IMG/VR virus record: IMGVR_UViG_3300027833_000001
Span: 64,001-128,000 of that record
Length of the DNA stretch: 64,000 bases
Strand: one strand, 5' to 3'
From: a virus
The notes below the pieces were generated by a model that was not told the DNA's origin, made no database searches, and saw only the letters and a program-made list of their open reading frames with translations. A program made the translations under genes and the position numbers. Shown here piece after piece: positions 8,956 to 17,806 of the stretch. The number at the start of each line of letters is the position of its first letter. Position 1 is the first letter of the stretch.

Positions 8956-9534
8956 ATGCTTAAATCGACATTTATAACGATTAGCCCAATAATACTATTA
9001 TTATGTTTTCTTAATGGAGACAAAGAAGAAGTAAAACAGGAAGTCCAACTAAATGAGATTGAGATTGTAGAAGTAGTAGAACCATTACCACAAATTGATA
9101 AAAAAGAAATCCAATGTATGGCAATGAATATTTACCATGAAGCGAGGAACGAGTCTGAACTAGGACAAGTTGCTGTAGCCAATGTGACAATAAACAGAGC
9201 CAATTCTAAAAGATTTCCTGACACTATCTGTAGTGTTGTTTATCAAGCTAAAATGAGTAACTGGTGGAAACAAAATAAGAACAGAGATGTTCCTATAAGA
9301 AATGCTTGCCAGTTTAGCTGGTATTGTGATGGAAAATCTGATGTTGTACGTGAAGTTAAAGCGTATAAGGAAATAGAAAAGTTAGCAGAAGAAGTTCTGC
9401 AGGGATTACATAATGACAATACATATGGCAGTACACATTACCATGCACATTACGTTAATCCATACTGGGCAAGCAGTCTAGTGATGGTGTCACAAGTAGA
9501 CAGTCATATATTTTATATAAGTGGTAATAGATGA
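8956..9534 (+). CDS. Cell-wall hydrolase, SleB/CwlJ (Hydrolase_2) family, with hydrophobic N-terminus
   Basis: CMAMNIYHEARNE, GQVAVANVTINR, FPDTICSVVYQ, CQFSWYCDG, THYHA.YV.P.W. Confidence 0.9.
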   Translation: MLKSTFITISPIILLLCFLNGDKEEVKQEVQLNEIEIVEVVEPLPQIDKKEIQCMAMNIYHEARNESELGQVAVANVTINRANSKRFPDTICSVVYQAKMSNWWKQNKNRDVPIRNACQFSWYCDGKSDVVREVKAYKEIEKLAEEVLQGLHNDNTYGSTHYHAHYVNPYWASSLVMVSQVDSHIFYISGNR

Positions 9535-10421
9535 GTTGTTATATTGTTACCGGTGGTTGTGGATTTATAGGTTCGCACTTGGTGGAAGCATTACTAGCCA
9601 CTGGTAATAAAGTTGTTGTGATTGATGATATGCGATCTGGTTCCCATGTGGTCAAGGATGAGAATGTCCAGTATGTCACGGAAGAAGTTTGTAGCGTAGA
9701 CATTGAAGGAAGATATGATGGTATATTTCATTTTGCTAACACACCCCGAATTAGACTAGCATACGAAAAACCATTGTTGGCTCTACGAAATGGAATTGAT
9801 CCAACAATTCATATTGCGGAATTAGCAAGAAAGTTCAAATGCCCCTTGTATTTTGCCTCAAGTTCTAGTACAATATACTCTGATAGAACATCTAATCCTT
9901 ACACTCTTTCTAAAGCGGTAAGTCAAGATATTCTTGATATGTATTGGGAGTTGTATAATGTACCATCACACATACTATATTTTTACAATGTGTATGGACC
10001 AAGAGAAGCAGATTATGGAATTCATAGCACTGTTATCAGATCATTTAAGAATGCTATTCAAATAGAATCTCCATTGCACATATATGGTACAGGGAAGAAA
10101 ACTAGAGACTTTACACACGTTGATGATGTTGTTGATGGGTTACTAAACCTAATACTGATGAAGAAGAAGCCAAGACACGCCCACTTTGGAACAGGCAATC
10201 CTTATTCAATAAAAGAGATTGCAGATGCATTTGAGCATCCTGTAGTATATGAGTTTGACAAGAAAGGAGAAGCACAAGATACTATATGTGAAACCCCTTT
10301 CATAGTAGCAAACTATGATGTTATTGACTACATCAAATTTTGGAAACGAGAGTTTGATGAAGCAAAGAAGTATTTTGAAGTTAAAGAAAAATTACAGGAG
10401 ATAGATAGCCGAAATGCCTAA
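9531..10421 (+). CDS. NAD-dependent nucleotide-sugar epimerase/dehydratase
   Basis: VTGGCGFIGSHL, ASSS, YTLSK (YxxxK), YNVYGP, TRDFTHVDD. Confidence 0.9.
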   Translation: MSCYIVTGGCGFIGSHLVEALLATGNKVVVIDDMRSGSHVVKDENVQYVTEEVCSVDIEGRYDGIFHFANTPRIRLAYEKPLLALRNGIDPTIHIAELARKFKCPLYFASSSSTIYSDRTSNPYTLSKAVSQDILDMYWELYNVPSHILYFYNVYGPREADYGIHSTVIRSFKNAIQIESPLHIYGTGKKTRDFTHVDDVVDGLLNLILMKKKPRHAHFGTGNPYSIKEIADAFEHPVVYEFDKKGEAQDTICETPFIVANYDVIDYIKFWKREFDEAKKYFEVKEKLQEIDSRNA

Positions 10422-10701
10422 AGTAGTAGATGTAACAGCGGATAAGAATTCAATGAATGACCCCTTTCTCATAACAAAGGAATTCAAATCATCAATCGCG
10501 TTCTCACAACATATAGAGAGACTGGCTATTAAGACTGGTAGTTTCATTGATGCGATTGTTGATTATTGTGGTGCGAAAGATATCGATGTAGAGAGTGTTA
10601 AGAAGTTACTATCACCTTCATTGAAAGAAAAAATCAAAGCAGAAGCAGAGAACCTAAACTTATTGAAAGGTGGTAATAAGACGCACAAGTTACCAATTTA
10701 A
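10414..10701 (+). CDS. gp33: Late-promoter transcription coactivator gp33
   Basis: FS..IE, IDAIVDYC, ESVKKLLSPSLKEKIKAEAENLNLL; adjacent to gp59 and gp32. Confidence 0.85.
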   Translation: MPKVVDVTADKNSMNDPFLITKEFKSSIAFSQHIERLAIKTGSFIDAIVDYCGAKDIDVESVKKLLSPSLKEKIKAEAENLNLLKGGNKTHKLPI

Positions 10702-10702
10702 A

Positions 10703-11284
10703 ATGACCGAACCATTTGAAGTCTATAAACTTTACCTTGCACTGAAGTTACATTTCACAAAGAAAGACTATGACATTACCAAAACTAAAGGTGCTGTTAA
10801 GGTAAAGCAAGAAACATTCCTGAAACGTAAAGACCTTACTGCTATACGAAAGTTAGCTAGAGATTACAAACGGAGTGATATAATAGACTTCTTAGTAGCC
10901 AACTTTGTTAGTGGTGAAAAATGGGGTGGGTTATTTGATGTTGAAGCGAATAGAATATACAAGCAATGGTTAATCAGAAAAGGCAAGAGGGATTATACAT
11001 TCCAACAAGATGTGGAAGTAATCTTATTAGAAATGGAGAAGAGTGAAATTAAATCACCTTTTTATGAAAAAAGTTCTAAACACCCCTTGACTTTTAGATT
11101 ATACTATGCTAAAATGATCACAATTGAAACTCTTGTTATATTAGATAAGATTTTTAATTATGTAGATAGCGAAACGGATGATGTTTTTATTAGTGATTTA
11201 TCATTGATAATAAAGAAATATCGACCGTTCGTTAGAGTCACAGACAAAATGAAGTCTGCTGGCAAGTCCTTGGAAGTAGTATAA
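10703..11284 (+). CDS. gp59: Helicase loader gp59
   Basis: FEVYKLYLALKLHFT..YD, F.KRKD, FLVANF, ITIETLVILD; synteny. Confidence 0.88.
   Translation: MTEPFEVYKLYLALKLHFTKKDYDITKTKGAVKVKQETFLKRKDLTAIRKLARDYKRSDIIDFLVANFVSGEKWGGLFDVEANRIYKQWLIRKGKRDYTFQQDVEVILLEMEKSEIKSPFYEKSSKHPLTFRLYYAKMITIETLVILDKIFNYVDSETDDVFISDLSLIIKKYRPFVRVTDKMKSAGKSLEVV
11087..11115 (+). promoter_or_regulatory. Sigma70-type promoter inside gp59
   Basis: TTGACT, 17-nt spacer, TAAAAT with extended -10 TG. Confidence 0.55.
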
Positions 11285-11287
11285 ATA
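11280..11287 (+). promoter_or_regulatory. T4 late promoter
   Basis: TATAAATA. Confidence 0.75.
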
Positions 11288-11302
11288 GGAGTATACTGAA
11301 AG

Positions 11303-11494
11303 ATGGGCAAGAAACGTAATCGCACATTTCAGTGTGGTGACGAAGAGAAGCGTGTTCGTAGAGTACCAAGTGCGGGTAAAACCAAACTTGACAAATACAA
11401 GCACTTATTATATGATGGAATATATGATGATGAGGAACTATATGACGAGTTTTGTTATCATACAGAAAAAATACATCGCAAATTAAGTACATAA
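11303..11494 (+). CDS. Small hypothetical protein upstream of gp32
   Basis: AGGAG RBS; basic N-terminal half, acidic C-terminal half. Confidence 0.65.
   Translation: MGKKRNRTFQCGDEEKRVRRVPSAGKTKLDKYKHLLYDGIYDDEELYDEFCYHTEKIHRKLST
11388..11416 (+). promoter_or_regulatory. Sigma70-type promoter upstream of gp32
   Basis: TTGACA, 17-nt spacer, TATGAT. Confidence 0.6.
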
Positions 11495-11514
11495 CGTAAA
11501 CAATGGAGAAAAAT

Positions 11515-12432
11515 ATGTCTTTTAATTCACTTTCTGACCTCCGCAATTCCCGCGGCAACTTTAATTCTTTAATGAAAGAAGTTGAGAAAATGTCCACTAC
11601 AACCACAACACAATCCCGTGATGATGGTCGTGAGTGGAAACCCACAGTCGATCAAGCTGGTAATGGCTATGCTGTTATTCGATTCCTACCTGCACCAAAG
11701 GGAGAAGATTTCCCATGGGCAAGAATCTGGAATCATGGCTTTCAAGGCTCCACTGGCAAGTGGTATATCGAAAACTCTCTGACTACTCTTGGTCAACAAG
11801 ATCCAGTCTCTGAGTTAAACACCGAACTATGGAATAGTGGTGTTGATTCCGATAAAGAAATTGCACGTAAGCAGAAGCGTAGGCTTGCATACTATGCAAA
11901 CATTGTGGTTGTTAAAGATGCATCTAACCCTGCAAATGAAGGACAAGTATTCCTTTATAAGTTTGGTAAGAAAATCTTTGATAAGATTTCCGAAGCAATG
12001 AAGCCAGAGTTTGAGGACGAAACTCCTCTAAACCCATTCGACTTCTGGGAAGGTGTCAACTTTAAACTGAAGATTCGTCAAGTAGAGGGTTACCGAAACT
12101 ATGACAAGTCTGAGTTCGAAGCGACTACAACACCAGTAGCAGATAGTGATGACGCTATCGAAGCTATCTGGACAAAGCAGTATTCACTCGCTGAAATTAC
12201 TGATCCTAAGAACTTCAAATCATATGAAGCATTGCAAACTAAATTGCAACAAGTGCTTGGTGGAAGGGCTGTCCCTGCACCAGCGGCAAGTGTATCTTCA
12301 CAGACAGGTGATGTCGAAGATGATCTATTTGTAAAGAGTAACGGAGCAACTGATCCTGCCACAACTGTGGAATCAGCATCTACGGATGATGATGCATTAT
12401 CTTACTTTTCGAAGTTAGCCGATGAGGACTAA
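11515..12432 (+). CDS. gp32: Single-stranded DNA-binding protein gp32
   Basis: GNGYAVIRFLPAP, HGFQG..GKWYIENSLTT, YKFGKKIFDKI, NPFDFWEG.NFKLKIR, acidic tail ending DDALSYFSKLA; GGAG RBS before ATG 11515. Confidence 0.96.
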   Translation: MSFNSLSDLRNSRGNFNSLMKEVEKMSTTTTTQSRDDGREWKPTVDQAGNGYAVIRFLPAPKGEDFPWARIWNHGFQGSTGKWYIENSLTTLGQQDPVSELNTELWNSGVDSDKEIARKQKRRLAYYANIVVVKDASNPANEGQVFLYKFGKKIFDKISEAMKPEFEDETPLNPFDFWEGVNFKLKIRQVEGYRNYDKSEFEATTTPVADSDDAIEAIWTKQYSLAEITDPKNFKSYEALQTKLQQVLGGRAVPAPAASVSSQTGDVEDDLFVKSNGATDPATTVESASTDDDALSYFSKLADED

Positions 12433-12456
12433 ATAGTTCTGTCAGTTTGTTCTACT

Positions 12457-12484
12457 AGGGGAGCATCGCGCTCCCCTTTTTTTT
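12457..12484 (+). terminator. Rho-independent terminator after gp32
   Basis: AGGGGAGC-atcgc-GCTCCCCT followed by a T run. Confidence 0.9.
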
Positions 12485-12497
12485 ACTTAGGGTTATT

Positions 12498-13997
12498 ATG
12501 CACGGAATAATATTTGGTGGCTTGTTAGAAGATTTGGGAATGGACTCCAGTATGGTAGCTATTCGTAGATCATCTGGTGCACATAAGATTGCTACCTTTT
12601 TACGAAATCATAATTATGATATTGAGGTTGTTGATTATATTCATCGATGGTCTTTAGATCAATTAAAAGAATTTACAATAAAGAAAGTTGATACAGAAAC
12701 TCTTTTCTTTGGCTTTAGTTCTACGTTTATGATTAGCACACCAGAGTTGATTGAGTTTGTTCATTGGCTCAAACATAGATACCCCAATATCAAACAAGTT
12801 ATCGGTAGTCAAAATCAAACAATGAAAGAACTACCATGTGACTGGTATATTTACGGGTATGGTGAGTACGCTATACTAGCACTCTTAGACCACTTTAAGG
12901 GAGGACCAGAGCCGATACACGAAGGAAATCTTATAAATGCATATACTAACTACAAGGCATTTCCTAAAGAAGACCTTTCTGTTCAATATACAGAGAGAGA
13001 TTTTATCCACGACAGGGAAATACTACTGTTAGAGATGGCAAGAGGATGTAAGTTCAAATGCTCTTTCTGTAGTTTTCCTATTCTTGGTGTGAAAGATGAT
13101 CATACAACCTCAGAACAATATTTCTACGATGAGATGTCGAGAAACTATGACAAATGGGGTACGACTCATTACATGGTTCTAGATGAAACATTCAATGATT
13201 CTAGTGAAAAGATTGCGAAGTATGCGGCTGCCTGTAGAAAACTTCCATTCCAACCTAAGATGACTGCTTATATTAGAGCAGACTTAATGGTATCTAGAAT
13301 ACAAGATTGGGACAACTTGATAGATATGGGAATCACTTCTCACTTTTATGGTGTTGAGTCTATGCATTTACCTTCAGCTAAATCAATTGGCAAAGGAATG
13401 AACAGTGGGCGAATACAAGATGGCTTGCTTCATGTAGATGAGTACTTCAGAAAGAATGCTGGCTTTTATAAAGGACATATATCTTTGATTGCTGGTTTAC
13501 CACATGAGACATTAGAAACTCTCAGAGAAACAAAAGACTGGTTAGAAAAGTATTGGATAGAAAATAGTTATCATATGAATCTATTGATGATTAAAGATTT
13601 AGATAAAAATGGCGCGTCACTGAATCATAACTCTGCTATGGATAAAGATTGGAAAAAATTTGGATACGAGAAAACTACTTTTCCAGAAGAGTGTGATATT
13701 GATTGGAGTAAAAGTTATAATCCATATTTCAAAAATCTCTATGAGTACGTGGATAAGTATGAATACTATTTGAAATGGAAAAATGAAAATTTAAGTCTTT
13801 ACGAGGTTACTAAATTTGCAGTTGAAGAATGGAGTCAAGCTAAACTTAAAAATGGTATTGATCCGTTTATGTATGATAAGTTCTTTATTGATCCCACAGT
13901 TAAGTGGAGTGACTTTGCTGAATTAAATCATTTAGAAAGAAGAACAGACCACATCAATGCTCATATAGATGACTATATAAGTAAGAAATTATCCTAG
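12498..13997 (+). CDS. B12-binding-domain radical SAM protein
   Basis: ARGCKFKCSFC (CxxxCxxC), DETFND, YIRADL, GVES, IAGLPHET; N-terminal GAHKIA..LR...Y.IEVVD cobalamin-binding-like region. Confidence 0.85.
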   Translation: MHGIIFGGLLEDLGMDSSMVAIRRSSGAHKIATFLRNHNYDIEVVDYIHRWSLDQLKEFTIKKVDTETLFFGFSSTFMISTPELIEFVHWLKHRYPNIKQVIGSQNQTMKELPCDWYIYGYGEYAILALLDHFKGGPEPIHEGNLINAYTNYKAFPKEDLSVQYTERDFIHDREILLLEMARGCKFKCSFCSFPILGVKDDHTTSEQYFYDEMSRNYDKWGTTHYMVLDETFNDSSEKIAKYAAACRKLPFQPKMTAYIRADLMVSRIQDWDNLIDMGITSHFYGVESMHLPSAKSIGKGMNSGRIQDGLLHVDEYFRKNAGFYKGHISLIAGLPHETLETLRETKDWLEKYWIENSYHMNLLMIKDLDKNGASLNHNSAMDKDWKKFGYEKTTFPEECDIDWSKSYNPYFKNLYEYVDKYEYYLKWKNENLSLYEVTKFAVEEWSQAKLKNGIDPFMYDKFFIDPTVKWSDFAELNHLERRTDHINAHIDDYISKKLS

Positions 13998-15709
13998 ACA
14001 GTACTAACAAATCTAGCAGAACCAGGCGCACCAGGTAATGATTGATCTCCACTAATTACCGAAACAGACACATCGCTTGCTTGAACATTAACGGGTGCTG
14101 GATCAGCAGGAGGTACAATAATAGTTGCAGGTTCGTTTCGTGCTTCATTGGCTGCCTCTGTCTCGCGTGATACTTCTTGAGAATCAATGTTTGGTGTACC
14201 AGTAGATGGTGTTAGTTTAGCACGTTTTTCAAGTTCTGTATTGATAAGATTTTGATTTTCCTCACTGATATCATCATCTTTAATAATAGCATTAAGTTGA
14301 CCTGTGGTAGCAGTAGCTATTTTAGAAGCATCGACTTCACTCTTACCAATTAAGTCCTCATCATATAGTCCACTATCTTTGGCTGAAGATAGGTTATCCG
14401 ATTGTGTTTTTCTTGCTGTAATTTCTTTTTCTATAAAGGCTTCTACTTGATCAGATGCTTCAGTAATTAGAGCCGGGAATCTTTCTTTGACTTTAGGATC
14501 TTCTTCTGGATATACTTCATGCAGATTGAAATATGCTTCTCTTGCAATTTCGTAACCAGCAACACCTAAAGTACCCACAGTACCTACACCAGGAACAAGT
14601 GCAGTTGCGGCTAGTCCTGCTCCTACCATGTCACCTTTAACTAGCTTATGAATCCCTATACCTGCCGCTACCGCTGATCCAACAAAGGGTATTGTTCTTC
14701 CTAATAGTCCTGGACCTTTTGAAGCAATTGCTTTAGTAACAGCCGCGGCTATTTTTCCACTCTTGGTCACACCAGTGACGTTTGCTAAATCAGCAGATAA
14801 AGCCGCGCCCTTAGCCGCTATAATTTTGAGGTTTCCTAATTTTGAAGGGTCGGTAACTCCTTCTTTTAAAAGTTTTCCTCCAAACCCTGCCGTTTTCTGA
14901 GCCTTAGTTAACCTTTCAGCATTACGACCCAACTCTACCACCTTCCCTGATTTCTCAACGACAGTATTTGCTACACCACCAACGGCTCTTAGTACACTAG
15001 GAGCGGCAGCCGCAGTTGCTCTGACAGCAGTTGGACTTATCGCTTTTGCTAACTTTGTAGAGTCTAGTGCTGAACCTGCATCAAGTGGACCAGTTCTATT
15101 AGGGTCTGACTGTAAATCAAGAATCGGCTTTGTTGGTGGAACACCTGGTACAACTTCCCCGTTGTTCTCTTTACCTTTAGCCATCTGGTTCATTAACAGC
15201 GAGAATCCTGCCAGTCCAAGTCCCGCTTTACCCAGGGTACCACCTAATCCTTTAACATTAGGCATTGAGAAACCAGATTTAATCTGTTCCTCTGATTTTT
15301 CGTTTGTCTCAAATACTTCTTTTTCTTCTGTATTTTTATTTATTTCTTTAAGTTCGCTTTTGATATCGATTAAAACATTTTCAATTTCTTGAAGATTTTC
15401 TGTAGCAGAACCTAAGGCGTTTGCATTTACCGTAGTACTTCTACCATTGTTATTAGCAGTTGGTGCAGACACTTGTGCATTTAGTCCACCTATATTTTTT
15501 CCTGGATTAGTACTAGCTAGATTAGCCCTAGCCATAGAATTAAAAGGAATTACATTGTCACTATTACCACGTCCTCCAGAAAGCATTCGGGCACCCATGC
15601 CAACTCCTGCACCCACTCCCACAGTTTTTGCTGTTCCTTTAAGAATTGGCAATGCTCTTGAAGCCATGGGTGAAACGATTCTACCGGCTCCTGCTAAAAA
15701 TGGTAACAT
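13994..15709 (-). CDS. Tape-measure / baseplate hub candidate (gp29-like)
   Basis: 571 aa, Ala/Gly-rich helical, with hydrophobic IPFVGSAVAAG...VPGVGTVG segment; directly downstream of gp26/gp51. Confidence 0.55.
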   Translation of the reverse strand: MLPFLAGAGRIVSPMASRALPILKGTAKTVGVGAGVGMGARMLSGGRGNSDNVIPFNSMARANLASTNPGKNIGGLNAQVSAPTANNNGRSTTVNANALGSATENLQEIENVLIDIKSELKEINKNTEEKEVFETNEKSEEQIKSGFSMPNVKGLGGTLGKAGLGLAGFSLLMNQMAKGKENNGEVVPGVPPTKPILDLQSDPNRTGPLDAGSALDSTKLAKAISPTAVRATAAAAPSVLRAVGGVANTVVEKSGKVVELGRNAERLTKAQKTAGFGGKLLKEGVTDPSKLGNLKIIAAKGAALSADLANVTGVTKSGKIAAAVTKAIASKGPGLLGRTIPFVGSAVAAGIGIHKLVKGDMVGAGLAATALVPGVGTVGTLGVAGYEIAREAYFNLHEVYPEEDPKVKERFPALITEASDQVEAFIEKEITARKTQSDNLSSAKDSGLYDEDLIGKSEVDASKIATATTGQLNAIIKDDDISEENQNLINTELEKRAKLTPSTGTPNIDSQEVSRETEAANEARNEPATIIVPPADPAPVNVQASDVSVSVISGDQSLPGAPGSARFVSTV

Positions 15710-15895
15710 TTATTTGTTCCTTTGTTTATCTGCTTTCTTTTTCAGATGATCGACTAGCATACTTACGTATACTTCCCTTTCCCATGGTACCCAACTTTCG
15801 ATCTCTGTTAAACTGTATTTATGCTCTTGCATTAATAGAAAGTTAGTTTTGAAGAAATTCTCCATAGTTTCATGTGAAAGGGCTAGACGAAAAAA
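15710..15895 (-). CDS. gp51: gp51-like baseplate hub assembly protein, possibly made only as the -1 frameshift extension of gp26
   Basis: LSHE.MENFFKTNFLLMQEHKYSLTEIESWVPWEREVY. No SD-preceded start codon; the conserved part begins at the slippery site. Confidence 0.75.
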   Translation of the reverse strand, partial: FFRLALSHETMENFFKTNFLLMQEHKYSLTEIESWVPWEREVYVSMLVDHLKKKADKQRNK

Positions 15896-16590
15896 TCCAG
15901 ATAGCCATTCATCCAAAAAGTACTGGTTTTACCACAGTCAGTGTTCTTACACGTAAATGTGATTTCTTTTTCAAGTACTGGCATTGTTCCAAAAAAATCT
16001 TTGAATGCGCCAAACTCACCCAACGATAGTCCTTCAATGAACTCTATCTTTTCTTCTTTTGTTAAATCAGAACCTAATACAACGTCATCTTTAGTATGAA
16101 TCTCTTCAATACAATTAGCCGCGGCATCATAGATATCTAATTCTTCTTTTGCGGCACCTATATCCATTAAATCTTCCGCTGTTGGATATCCCATTAGTAT
16201 TGCGGTATCATCATTCACTTTGATAGGATTAATATGATTTTCATTCTCTGTTATGTCGAAGTCATTCATGTCTATCTCTTCAGGTATAGATTCGTCACAA
16301 TGTCCACATACAAAGTTTACTGCAAATTTGGGCGAGATTGATGCCGATCTAAGTTGCATAAAAATCTTTTGAAGATCAAAGATTGGTATATCATCACCTT
16401 GTACTTCTCCAAAAGAACAATTTGTAATAACTTGTTGTATCGCTTTCACGAGGTCAAGTTGATCATCTGATTGTGTTGCTAGTACTAGTATTTTTTCTTC
16501 CTTTACTAGAAAGGGTCTAAATTTGAACTTCTTTCTCCTTGACAGTATGTGTATGTCAAAGAGTCGCTGGTCACTTTGGGGTATGCTCAT
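15883..16590 (-). CDS. gp26: Baseplate hub assembly protein gp26
   Basis: KFRPFLVKEEKIL, FDL..IF.QLRSAS, CxxC pairs, FFGTMP.L, C-terminal G..DFF. Confidence 0.88.
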   Translation of the reverse strand: MSIPQSDQRLFDIHILSRRKKFKFRPFLVKEEKILVLATQSDDQLDLVKAIQQVITNCSFGEVQGDDIPIFDLQKIFMQLRSASISPKFAVNFVCGHCDESIPEEIDMNDFDITENENHINPIKVNDDTAILMGYPTAEDLMDIGAAKEELDIYDAAANCIEEIHTKDDVVLGSDLTKEEKIEFIEGLSLGEFGAFKDFFGTMPVLEKEITFTCKNTDCGKTSTFWMNGYLDFFV

Positions 16591-16608
16591 TATAACTCCT
16601 AATAATTA

Positions 16609-17319
16609 TTAAATATCGATAATGTCATCAAATGCATTTGATAAGCTATTCTTAATTTGATTCTCAAGACTGCCAAATCGTAAGTTAAGTATCTGTCCGA
16701 GAATACTTCTTCTATCTCCTTTTTCGTATGGAACCCATCTCTTGTACGAGAATGTTACTGTACAACGAGCCGCACCTTCACCACCACTATGAGATATTGG
16801 CGTTAGTGAGATGACTCTTGGAAAGGCTTCTTTCAAGCACCACTCTCCAACAATTCCATTAATTCTATCAAGTGCATAGACAGTTACTTCACCTATCATA
16901 TCACTGTAGAATGCGACTTCTTTAGAATAAGGGTTTACACTATTCATCATCCACTTCTCAAAATACTCTCTGACTTCCCAATCAGTATCACAGAAGAAAG
17001 TAAACGATGCTGTATCACCATAAAACTCTATGTTAGAAACTCTATTCTCTGTCCAAGATCCAATCTTTACTGGATTGTAGACTAGTTGTAGTCCTGGAAT
17101 AGCGGCTTCTTCACATAAAAGGGAAACATCTCTACTTCCATCAAGTCCTGTTGGTGCTTGAATGTATACAGCAAACCTATTTGCCCTGGCTAGATCATTG
17201 CGTCTAACCTTTGTGACCATATCACGTAGGTCAAATACGGGTTTATCTTTCCGCTTCTTAGTACTTGCTGTGTCTACATCGCTAGTATCTGTGGTTTTTT
17301 CTGGAGTTGTGTCTGTCAT
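16609..17319 (-). CDS. Tail-tube-fold protein (gp54-like tube initiator)
   Basis: LARANRFAV, LLCEEAAIPG, YFEKWM, L.EAFP, TVTFSY.RW. Confidence 0.75.
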   Translation of the reverse strand: MTDTTPEKTTDTSDVDTASTKKRKDKPVFDLRDMVTKVRRNDLARANRFAVYIQAPTGLDGSRDVSLLCEEAAIPGLQLVYNPVKIGSWTENRVSNIEFYGDTASFTFFCDTDWEVREYFEKWMMNSVNPYSKEVAFYSDMIGEVTVYALDRINGIVGEWCLKEAFPRVISLTPISHSGGEGAARCTVTFSYKRWVPYEKGDRRSILGQILNLRFGSLENQIKNSLSNAFDDIIDI

Positions 17320-17323
17320 GTGT

Positions 17324-17366
17324 GATAAATATCCTTAAAGATCAGTGTTTACGAGAACTATTTATA
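17324..17366. promoter_or_regulatory. Face-to-face pair of late promoters
   Basis: GATAAATA at 17324-17331 (+, towards gp4) and TATAAATA at 17359-17366 (-, towards the gp54-like gene). Confidence 0.65.
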
Positions 17367-17806
17367 TGACTTATAATAAACAATTGCACCAAGGTAAATT
17401 TATTCCAAAATTCCCCAATAAATATAAGGGAGATGTTGGTAATGTTATTTATCGCTCTGGATATGAAGTAAAATTTATGAACTGGTGTGATATGAATGAT
17501 GATGTTAGAGAATGGTCATCTGAAGAAGTTGTTATACCATATGTCTCTCCATTAGACAGTAGAGTACATAGGTATTACATTGACTTCTTGGTAAGAATAC
17601 GAGAGCAAACATACTTGATAGAAGTTAAGCCAGAAAGATTTACTAGAGAACCCTCTATACCAAAAAGAAAAACAAAAAGGTTTCTTAATGAAGTAGCACA
17701 GTATGCTGTAAATCAAGCGAAATGGAAATCTGCTAGAGAGTTTTGTGCAGATAGAAAATGGGAATTTAAGATTATAACTGAAAAAGAACTAGGAATAAAA
17801 TATTGA
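17366..17806 (+). CDS. gp4: Head completion nuclease gp4
   Basis: KYKGD..N.IYRS.YE.KFM.WCD, WSSEEVVIPY.SP.D...HRYY.DF, IEVKP, NQAKW. Confidence 0.92.
   Translation: MTYNKQLHQGKFIPKFPNKYKGDVGNVIYRSGYEVKFMNWCDMNDDVREWSSEEVVIPYVSPLDSRVHRYYIDFLVRIREQTYLIEVKPERFTREPSIPKRKTKRFLNEVAQYAVNQAKWKSAREFCADRKWEFKIITEKELGIKY

Noticed and set aside
12429-12484. Possible small RNA from CTAAATA at the gp32 stop to the terminator
   Set aside because: The box overlaps the TAA stop and the interval has no structure other than the terminator; not supportable.
17366-17806. TnsA-like nuclease as a transposon gene
   Set aside because: Motifs and position near gp2 identify it as head-completion gp4; there are no transposon ends.
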